NCBI GenBank assembly: GCA_013239625.1
Contig: MU053881.1
Span: 8,765,957 to 8,825,956, forward strand
DNA length: 60,000 nt
Reading direction: 5' to 3'
DNA from: Lama guanicoe
Lineage: Eukaryota
A program made the position numbers and the translations under genes. Under the pieces are notes generated by a model, which saw only the letters and a program-made list of their open reading frames with translations, was not told the DNA's origin and made no database searches. This document shows, one piece after another, positions 50,341 to 60,000 of this stretch (within the stretch, counting starts at the first letter, position 1; each line of letters starts with the position of its first letter).

Positions 50341-53300
50341 CATCTTCCTGACATGCTGACGGGGACAACAGTATCCACCTCACGGGGCTTCAGATCAGAT
50401 TAAAAAAAAAAAAGTGCCTAATATAATTCTTGGCACAAAGCAGGCATTTAAGAGAGGATGACATCTAAAAACCAAACCAAGAGGAGTGTTCTATCCTGGA
50501 CAGGGAGTAGAAAGCTTTTCAGGGTGGCCACAGCTTCTTCTCAGCTGGACTCTGCGGTTTAGAAGCACCTCCGCTGCCCTCTGCCTTCGGCACCCGGCTG
50601 CAGGACACTGACACACTGAGGAAAAGAAGAGCCCTAAGCTGAGTATGCGACACCCACATCGCCGGGCCCCACTCCCGGGAGCTTTTACATTTATTCTTTC
50701 ATTTCACGGAATTGGCCGGGGTTGGGGACAGGGGTGCGGGAGACTTCCCCAGGGTCCCACCGAATGCTTAAACGTGCTTAATTTCACCTCATGCCCTCTT
50801 ACCCCCCTGTTCCAAAGTGCAGTGGAGCGGATCTGGGTTGATAAGAGATTAAAAAGTCAGGAAAGATTAAGCTTTCCATTTAAAATTCTTATCTAAGCAC
50901 ATGCCAATGCAAGAAGGGCATTTCCCAGCTTCTTCTCTGGGCAGGATTTTTTAACCCATTCCTTCAAATAATTAAAAAAAAAAGAAAAGAAAAGCTTTTC
51001 ATCGTCCTGCCACTGGTATGCAGCATCTTTACGGGAGGACTCGCTGAGAAGTGGACATACAAATGCTTCAACCCAAGAGAAGCTTTAACAAATTGAAATA
51101 CAATTTCAGAACAATCTGACAAGAAAGAAGTGTTACTCGCTGTCTCTGGAACTATAAGGCACACACAGTTAAAACACTGATGACAGAGATGGGAAGCATT
51201 TGCTGATTCCTCGGACACTGAACAAAAGTGATTCTATACAGAACTTAAAAACACTGCTTTGACAGTTATATTTGTGGTTAACATTGTTGTGACTTCTGAA
51301 AGTGGATATTTGCAAACAAGTCTTAAGGAATAGCCTCAAATTGTTCAGTCGGTTTTGGAGCGGGGAAAAAAACGCCTCCTATCTGAGAAAACGTTGCTTA
51401 AAGTTTTTTGAAACTCACCAATCCTCTAAAGGGTTCAGCCCCAGTTGAGCAAACTGGCCGAGTGCTTCGTGATGGACTGCAACCCTGGGGGACATAGGGT
51501 TCCAATTCACAAAGGCAGGGGAGGCCGAGACTAATACATCAGAGGAAGCTTTAGGAAAGTTGCAGAGTCTATTTCCCCTGCCTGGGAGAACCTCGAATGA
51601 ACGTCTTCTCTGGCTTCTGTGAAAAGAAAGAGCTCACTGGGGAGCCAGAGTTAGAAAAGCCTTGTACTCCATCACGTCTCTCTCCGTCTGAGCCAGGTAA
51701 AATATCCTCTGGGAAGGCTTCGGGAAGTGCCCCAAGGAGATGATGGTTGATATTAGCTGAATGGGTGAAAGAGCACAGACAGAGATGGAAATATTTGGGT
51801 TTTTCCAACTGTGAACTTTAACCCAAGAGTCTTCGACATTTACACAGACTCAGGGCAGAGTCTTGCACTTCCCAGGCATGACCACAAGGTGGCCTCAATC
51901 TGTAATTGGGTCCCCATGGTCTAGGCTGCTGAGGGATGGCTTTTTAAAAAAAGAAAAGTTCTTTCTACCCAGAGGCTTCATTGTGGTAACTTGCAAGTAA
52001 CAAGTTCAAGTCCCCAAAGCTTTAGTAAACTTAACAGGGCTTTAATTTTACAGCGGGAGACGAATTTGAAAAGGACAGCCCCTCCTTGTATACCTCTACC
52101 TTCAAGGATGTTTCTGAGTTTGCAAACCATGCCAAGAGCAGACTGGGGTGGTCTTAAATGAGATGCAATGCTTGTTTCTTTCCTAATGCACCTTGTAATT
52201 TGCACACGAGCCACAACACTTTATTTTCTTATTAGTGGGTTTGAGTGTGTTTAACACCGCAAGCCATAAATTGCAGAGCAGTGGATCAGACGAGGTTGTC
52301 TTATTTTCCTGCCAATTGTCAGAAAGTGATGTGGGGTACGGGGGGCCCCTCCTGACTGGCTTTTTCTCTACCACGCATGTCACCCCTCCCTGCCTCTATC
52401 CAACAACCAACCCCTTGTCTCCATCTGCCAAGAGGGGGAAAAAAAAGAAAGAGAGACACAGCCTGGTTTCTCATTGGAGGGCTTGCTATATTGAGCAGCT
52501 CAGTTATTGAGATTAATAAGCTGCCAGTTTCCAAGGAAGACTAAGAAAACTACAAAATTAAAGTGCACTGCAACGTGAAATGCTGCTGGCGGCCAGGCGG
52601 GATCATGGTGTCAAAAAGGCAAGGTAAAGCTATAAAATAAGGCTGAGCTTGAAAAGCTAACCTAAAGGTCTCATTAATTTCCATGTTGCCTCTGATGAGA
52701 ATTTAGAGGGGGCATACTGTTTTGCAATAGGGAGAAATCAGGCTGCCTATTGATTTGAAAAGTGCTGGAATGCATTTGGTTCACCCAGATTGCATTCAAG
52801 TTTAAACCTCACTCGTAAACATTAAAGGAAAAGAGAAAGAAAAAGCAAACAGGTTACCTTGGTTTAATATTCTCAAGATCAAGTGGTCAGTGATTCTGTC
52901 AAAAAAATTAATCCTTAGGTAGAAAAATCAATCTGAGAACCAAGTTCAGTGTGGTGGGGATGTTTCAACAAACTATGCATCTCTGAAAACCTTATTTACG
53001 AAAGGGCTTGCGTCTTGATTTGCACATACACACTACCAGTTAAGCGTCTGGATGAGACAGAGATTACAGGGTCTTGAAGACAAGAAGTATGTTTTCTGAA
53101 ATTCTGATGCCCACAGTAGATTTCTGAGGTGTTATTTATCAAGCCCAACATGCTCCATTCTCTAGCAGAGCACTTCCTGGGTATTCATCACAACTCCCCG
53201 AGTGGCCCCACTCAAACGATGGCCACGTGGTTAGGCACCAGACCCGTGGCTGTGTGGCTTTCTCCGACCAGTCTGGCAAAGCTCTGCTTGGAAAATAACT

Positions 53301-53679
53301 GTTCTGCACAACACGGAGCTAAAAAAGGAGCAGTGCTTCTTACTTGTCCAGTGACAGTTTGCGCTCCCGTTTTACGATACTCAAGGTATGACACCTCTGT
53401 AACCCAGCTCACGGCTACCGCACGCTGCCACCACCACGGAGCCCTGAGACTCCCGAGTTACCATCCCAGGTGGCCGATGATCCCGCAGAGCTGCAGACAA
53501 GGGTCCCTACGTCCTGCCTGGCTTGTGATTTTATAACCATAAATTGGCTGGAATGCATCCTACAGATCATTGTTTGCCTCATGCTACTGATACACTGCCT
53601 TAATGTCACCATTTCCATTTAAGTGGACCATAAGCGTCGTTTAGTTTCGTTGTGTTCTTCTAGTTTCAAAGGCACTGCC

Positions 53680-53870
53680 CTGTGGTGGTTAAGAGTGTGG
53701 CATGTGGAGTCAGGGAGACCCAGGCTTCAATCCCAGCTCTGCCACTTACGTATTTGGAGATGTGCAGGTTAACGCAATCTTCCCGACCTCGGTTTCTGTG
53801 TACTTAAAACAGGGATAGTGGCGTATGCTTACAGAAGGGTAAAGAGGTTTGATAAAATCATGTAAAACTA
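53680..53870 (+). mobile_element. MIR SINE
   Basis: gtggtggttaagagtgtggcatgtggagtcagggagacccaggcttcaatcccagctctgccacttac. Confidence 0.85.
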
Positions 53871-54129
53871 AACCTCAAGAAAAAAGTATTTGATAAAGTT
53901 ATTTACAGAACTATACAATTGGGTAGAGTTACTGTTAAACTGAACAAAATTTCTGGAGAGATTTTTTTTTTTAAAGAGCAACTCAATTATTGAGGGCTTT
54001 GGATTCACTAAATACGCTATTCTTTGCAAATGGATGGTCGTCTGTGTTATGTCTGTTATTTTAGAACTGAAATAAGTCTGGCCAATCACGGCTACTCTTA
54101 ATATTCTTGTTGCCTCCTAGATTTAACAT

Positions 54130-54945
54130 GTGGAAAACGGAATTTGTTTTCTAAACGACATCAAGCTCTGCTCAGCCTCTTAGGTCAAAATGCTGGTTAT
54201 TTTGCTCACACTGCCTAACCCCCAGTCTTGGCATTCTAGCCAGCGTGAATTCCCGCTGACCCTACCTTCAAAATACATCTCACATCTCTGAATGTTCACA
54301 TCCTTGCCAGACTGGTCGGAGAAAGGCAGATAGCTCTGGATACTGTCGCTATGGGGACTCTAAAGGAAGCCACTCCATTTTTCCATCTTAACTGTGACAG
54401 TGTTCTCCAAACCGGACCTTTAGTCCTGCCCTACCTTCCACCCAACCCCTACCTGTCCACCATATGGCAGCTACAAATAATTACAGCCAAAACGAAATCT
54501 TTCTGTCATTATTTGATTCTCCTGTTTAAAATGCTCCAGTGACTTTTTACTATTCTGGGGGTCGAATCCAAAAATCTTTACAGCAGCCCCAAAACCTTGC
54601 ACGGTCCTGCCCTTGCCTGCCTTTCTAACTTGATTTCCTTTCCTGGCATCTTAGCGTTTCTTCTCTCAGGGGTCCTGGTTTTTGCCACCTAGAACATTCT
54701 TTAAGTCTAATTAACACCTACTCATCCTTACGGCTCCGCGTAAATGCCAATTTCTCAGGAGTCTGGCTTCTCTATACTGCACATCTGTCATCGTAGGGGC
54801 ATATGCCTAATCTCCTGTTCACATTCTGTCTACATCCAGCCTGGAATCTCCGGAAGGGCCAGGACTTGGCTTTCCTATTTCATTGCTGAGTCCTGTGCCT
54901 GGCCCATGGCCACTGGCCTCACAGATGTTTCTTGAATGAATAATG
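54130..54945 (+). mobile_element. L2 LINE fragment
   Basis: ctaccttcaaaatacatctc, ctcctgtttaaaatgctccagtgac, cctactcatcctt, and the tail gtttcttgaatgaataatgga. Confidence 0.7.
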
Positions 54946-56224
54946 GATGACATACAAAAAAATCCCCCAACTTCCTAACTCATTTGCAGCTCGAGGACCT
55001 TGACGGCTAAAATGACGGCTTCTGGTGTTTTAGGGCGAAAGCAAACTCAGAGGGAAGTTTTGTCCTGCTTAGGGGTTCTCTTAGTGACCGGTTACTGAGA
55101 TAGATCCCGAGGAAGCAGCTTGCTTCAGCAAAACGCGTGGAGGAAGGAAAGTCAGGGTCTGTCACTGAGCTACGTTCTACTGTTTTAGACGAGAGGTGCT
55201 GGCGTCAGAAACTCCCAAAGCAGCAGCTGGCCAGGAAGACTGCGGGCCTTGTTGCTCTCGGGAGAGGAAGGAGGAGATAGGTGACATCAACCAAGGAGGG
55301 CACGTGGACTTTGTTCTAAGCCCTTCTGAGAGCAGGCGAAGACAAAGACGGTGGGCAGAGGGGCTTCGTTCCACATGTGTTAGAAAAGACAGTACAGACG
55401 GCTTGCAGTTAGTTCCTCTGCCCTCTGTTTGGTTTTTTCATGCGTTATATTATAGTTTACCCATGGATTGATTGCTTTGGGGAGTACAAATTGACATGCA
55501 TTGTTATTCAGATGATCAACATTAACACAGAAATTTCCCTCTAAGTTTTGTTTTGTTTTTTTTGTCTTGTGTTCAATTTCAAATTTGTACAGTCCTATTT
55601 TCTGGCTATGCCTCCTTAAACAGCACCTTGAATTCTACCTGCCATAGAATGAAAATGGAAAAAGCACAGTCCAGAGAAGATCTAACATGCCTCATTAAGA
55701 CTGATGGGAACATCAAAAAGCAATGTAAAGGGGCAAGGGCTTGTTCCTTCCTAGTCTAAAGGAACACACTGAGTTTGGCTGGGAGTTTCTGGGGGTGGCT
55801 GAATGCCTGCTCACCACCTCCCAGAGTTAGGAAATTCTTCCATCACACCCAGAAGTCTGTATTAATGAGAGCAGAGGCGGTGAGGCTGTTTGTAAATTTC
55901 CACTGCCTTTTTGAAATTGATGACAACCTCCAGAATGTCTCGTGCTCAGTGGCTCTCTCTCCCGGATGTGGTTAATCAATTCTTACTTGGTATGAAAGAC
56001 AGGAATGGGACTCCTAGTATACTATTGTGCTCCTAAAGTAAGAACTCCCATACTGACGTTTCCTCTGGTGGGCAAGAAAATGACAGCCTTAAACTCACAA
56101 TATTTCAGCATTTGAGTGAGTGAAACTGTTCAGTTCTACAATTTCTAAGACTATAATGAAAAGGCACTGAAGAACGGGAACAAACGATTATAATCTTTGA
56201 TTTTTTCCCCCCACTTATCTACTA

Positions 56225-56515
56225 GGTAAACTCTTATTCATCCTTCCAAACCCAGCTCAAATAGCCCATTATCTGGGAAATTTTCCTGACCATCCTGGGA
56301 AAGTTAATAACCTCCTCAACTGTACAGCCACTGTAACTTACACACTTGCATTATTGTAAATACTGTACTATCTTTTTGTTTACGTGCCTCTCTTCTTTTT
56401 AGACTGTGTGAAATTTAGGGGCAGGATACATGTTTTAATCTCAGCCTCCCCAGTACCTCACATAGCGCTTGGTATTTTCAAGGGGTTCAGTATTTGCTAA
56501 TAAGAGAGCGAATAA
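56225..56515 (+). mobile_element. L2 LINE 3' fragment
   Basis: aactcttattcatccttccaaacccagctcaaat...tagactgtgtga...ccccagtacctcacatagcgcttgg. Confidence 0.65.
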
Positions 56516-59033
56516 ATAATATTTAAGAGAGAAACATAAAGTTCAGCAATTCTGTTGATTACCGCTGAAGTTTTCATGTACGAGACCAGATGCCCATCCA
56601 AACTATACGTATGCAATTTCATGAATGGCGTTTCAAATATCTGTGTTTGGCTTTTAGTAACAGCCCCATCTCAAGGGTCTTACACAGTCTCTAATTCTTG
56701 GCCCTTGAATGTACTGATCAAAGAACATCCAGACGCTGTTCTTGCTTGTTTTTACCTTCTGATAAGATGGCCCCAAACCTAAGCCTATTTACTCCCCAAG
56801 CTTGCCTTCCCTAAGAGCACCACTGAGAATTTGAATCCTAGGAGAAATGCCAAATAGCCTAGTGATCTGTGGAAGGACTCTACAGGTCAAAAGTATGTTC
56901 AGAGAGAACTGTCAGGAGGACAAGGAGGTGATGTGCTTGGCTTCGCTGGTTCTCTCCTCCAGATCCTTTCAAGGGAACACTTTACTGCCAATTGATGGCA
57001 TCAGAAACTAGGAGCTGGGAGATACGCTTACGAAGTGTATGTGTTTTCAGCACGGAAGGGAGGCTCTTTGTAAGGAGCAGACACTCTGATGGATCTTTCC
57101 CTGAAAATGTAACAATTATGGCAGTAAGTGTAGGTTTGTGGCTGTTCGTCCATCAGACATCTCACCACCTTATTGTGTGTGCAGGGACCACCAGAGTTCC
57201 ATCCAGTGCGGCTCATCACTTACCTCTCGCTGAAGCCCTAGACCACTGGCAAATTACTCTGCCCCCTAAGTCTAGATTCTGAATCTTTAAAATGGTGATA
57301 ACGTTTTCTCCCGACCTCACTGGATTGCTTTCAGGCTTGAATGGGACAGCGCATCTAAACCACTAATGTCGGCCATATACAAAGTGCACAGTAAAAACTC
57401 ATTGTTCATGGTGATGGTGGGTCTCTCTTCCTTTTCCTCCTCCTTTTGCTACAATATCTACTTACATTTCTCATTCCTTTTCTCCTCCTCCTCTTCCTTC
57501 ATCCAACTCACTCTACACAGGCTTTCTATCTAGGAGCTGTTTTTCTAACAGTAGTCAGTCAATGTCAAAATAGGCTGACTGGTGTGCAATGAAGTCTATG
57601 GCTGATCATAAACACAAGGAAGAAAAAGAGTCTCATCCAGCCTTAAAAACCACCATTAACTGTGAAAATAACCTGAATTAAGTCTGGTGGACCAGTCAGC
57701 TTTCAGCTTGGAAATCTACCAACAAAGTTGCTCATCAGCGGGGTTACTGCATCACTGCAGTGTTCAAATATATCTAGTACGTGTGATATATGCATATAGT
57801 TTCTATTGACTTTACCTGTTTTAAACCTTGGAGATTAAGATGGCAGGTATGGTTACAAATAACATGTAGTTGTTAGAAAATAAAAACTTATTAAACTTTG
57901 GAGCACCTACAGTGACAGTGGCATACAACTTATTCATGTACAAGATCTTCGTGGGAAAATAAAAAATCGTATAGATAAGAAACACGCCACCAAATGCTAC
58001 AGCTTGCATACATAATTGTTTCCAGCTGCGTGCAGAAAATTCACTGGCCATTTCCTGGAAAGATTATAGGTTATTTTTCTGTCTTTCCTGACACCTAAGT
58101 TATTAAAAGTTTAAAAACTATGTGAGCACTTTTTGAACTTTTGATTTCAAGACGTATTAGCCCCTTTCTTTGTTTATCCTTCTTGGCTCTTCCAGGCAAG
58201 GAAACAGCAAGAGCCAAAGCACATGAACCATGACAGCGTTTGGGGATGGAACAGGAAAGCCCTTCGAATATCTGGTCAACCCAGTCGCAGCCTTCACCAT
58301 CAGTTATGCTGCAGCCCAACAGGCTGCAACCAATGCCCCTTCCCTCAGGTCATTAACGCGGACATGGTTTTGGAAGAGCGGACGGAAAGGTGAGAGAAGG
58401 ACAGAACCAAGGGCGAAACAAAACAAAGGCAGACCTGGGGAACACTCCGAAACTCCTCCCTCCTCACCCAAGTGCTGCCCCCTTTCCTCGTGGTTGTTTT
58501 TATACATTGCTGTTTGCCCCTCAGGCTTCACGCTGTTGGTGTGTACAGGAGGGGTTACAGTGAGACGGCGTGTTGGAGGAAATATAAATTAAAATTATAC
58601 TTCTGTCAGTCTGGAATCAGGGATTGCTTCTCAAGGTCTCCCCAAACGCTCCATTTCAAATGAGTCTTCATTTATTACCTCGAGAAAGGCCAAATGCATA
58701 ATTCATCAGCAGCTCTCAGTCAATATACCCTTATAAGCATGTTTTCCCATGAGCCTTTGAGTAAAAAATATGTTATGCTAATTCTATTAGTTGGGTACAC
58801 AAGAGCTGTCGAACAAAGTAAACAAGCATTAAAAGGAGACACATGTGAACAGGGAATTACCCATCAGCCTACCGTCCGGGGTCAAATTACCAAGGGAGCA
58901 ACACGGGGCTGGTAAACTCATTCCATAATGTGGGCTGGACGTCCCTCTCCCCGGGAGAGCTCCGAGCCACCCGAGGGGCTCCAGCTTGGGCGATGCTGTG
59001 GGGAGCCCAGGGTGACCGGCGACGGGGACTTAC

Positions 59034-59268
59034 CGGGTCTCCAAGGGCACGTTGCTGTTCAGCACCCAGCTGTCCTGGAGCTGAACCGACTCCGGGGTGG
59101 TGGCCAGGTCGTTGGGCGCGGGAGCCGGGGCGTGGATCTGACTCCGCCGGTTGGTCAGCGAGTTTCTGTTGAGGGAGTTGGCGGACGAGTGGTGATGGGA
59201 CAGCGTGTGGTTGTGAGGAGGGGGCAGGGGGGGCCTCAGAGTCGACTGGCTGTGGTGGTTGGGAGGGC
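59034..59268 (-). CDS. TENM2: TENM2 coding exon, Pro/His-rich intracellular domain (235 nt, phase 1 to phase 2)
   Basis: Translation (G)[77 protein letters not shown](R). Acceptor CTCTCCTTCCTCTCTTCGCAG| with a TTGAC branch-like site at 59297-59293; donor CG|GTAAGT. The ORF track misses it because this frame has no Met. Confidence 0.96.
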
Positions 59269-59503
59269 CTGCGAAGAGAGGAAGGAGAGGCGGTCAATAG
59301 AGGATGCGGAACGCGGCCCCGGACACTTGCAAACCCGCAGAGTAGAGCCTAGAACCACAGCCTCCCTCACTGTTGGCAGTTGCTGAACGTCACCGACGAG
59401 AGAGACAGGTGAGACCGCCTCAGGCATCCCAGGGCTAGTTACGAATAAGTAATACGCTTTGATCTGCCTTTATCCCTAGGCTTCAAATGAAGAATGAGAA
59501 ACT

Positions 59504-59831
59504 GTATGTGGAATCTAAAAAAAAAAAAAAAAAAAGGACACTCTGAACTCATCTACAAAACAGAAACAGACTCAGATTTAGTAAACAATCTTATGGTTGC
59601 CAGGGAAAGCGGTTGGAAGGGGATAAATTTGGGAGTTTGAGATTTACAAATGTTGGCCACTCTATATAAAAATAGATTAAACTATGAGAACTATGTTCAA
59701 TGTCTTGTAATAACCTTTAATGGGAAAAATATGAAAACGAATGTGTGTGTATATGCATGACTGGGACATTGTGCCGTACACCAGAGATTGACACATTGTA
59801 ACTGGCAGTACTTCAATTAAAAAAAAAAAAA
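59504..59831 (+). mobile_element. 5'-truncated lineage-specific L1 3' UTR with a perfect 14-bp TSD
   Basis: tatgtggaatctaaaa(A)n, acaaaacagaaacagact, gactgggacattgtgccgtacaccagagattgacac, poly-A; TSD aagaatgagaaact at 59490-59503 and 59832-59845. Confidence 0.92.
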
Positions 59832-60000
59832 AAGAATGAGAAACTAGGTTAGCAAAACCAGGCTGGCCAGGGCTGACCAGTGGGATTCTCTGAAATGTAT
59901 TAACTCCAGCAATGAGAGTAACATGACATTCAAGGCCGATCACTGTTGTAACTAGTCCTCAGCCCATTTCCTGGTAGACCAGCACACAGCGTAGTCTTTA

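Larger units (their letters stand above)
29305..59033 (-). other. TENM2: Complete phase-2 GT-AG intron of TENM2 (29,729 nt)
   Basis: Bounded by GTAAGT at 59033 and CAG at 29307-29305; joins ...PLETR to HFLFK... as in known teneurin proteins. Confidence 0.9.
1..60000 (-). other. TENM2: Internal segment of the teneurin-2 gene (two coding exons plus introns); no gene start or end in the window
   Basis: Two spliceable exons translate to sequence I recognise as the teneurin-2 intracellular and transmembrane region. I did not find the flanking exons, so both window ends are probably intronic. Confidence 0.92.

Noticed and set aside
59058..59075. REST/RE1 half-sites (TTCAGCACC followed by an inverted right half, GCTGTCC)
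   Set aside because: Non-canonical orientation and fully explained by the codons for QDSWVLN.
58887..59427. ORFs 58928..59386 (+), 58930..59172 (+), 58887..59297 (-) and 59236..59427 (-)
   Set aside because: Antisense or wrong-frame readings of the TENM2 exon; the true frame is set by the splice sites.

Overview
Mammalian (not microbial) genomic DNA, most likely from a camelid, judged from two tRNA-Ala-derived vic-1-like SINEs and artiodactyl-type L1 3' ends. The window lies inside the teneurin-2 gene (TENM2) on the minus strand. Two coding exons are visible: 59268-59034 (235 nt, Pro/His-rich intracellular domain) and 29304-29066 (239 nt, end of the intracellular domain plus most of the transmembrane helix). 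They are joined in frame across a 29,729-nt GT-AG intron. The rest is intronic: L1, L2, MIR, LTR and DNA-transposon relics, microsatellites, a 62-N assembly gap and several repeat-free, homeobox-motif-rich blocks that look like conserved enhancers. I see no evidence of a new multi-gene system, CRISPR array or second protein-coding gene. The most unusual object is an 8-unit 33-34 bp GC-rich minisatellite (49733-50004), apparently grown inside an old MaLR LTR, with an E-box and an SP/KLF site in every unit and a CCAAT box just after it. Repeat family names come from recalled consensus similarity, not a database search, and boundaries of old repeats are approximate.
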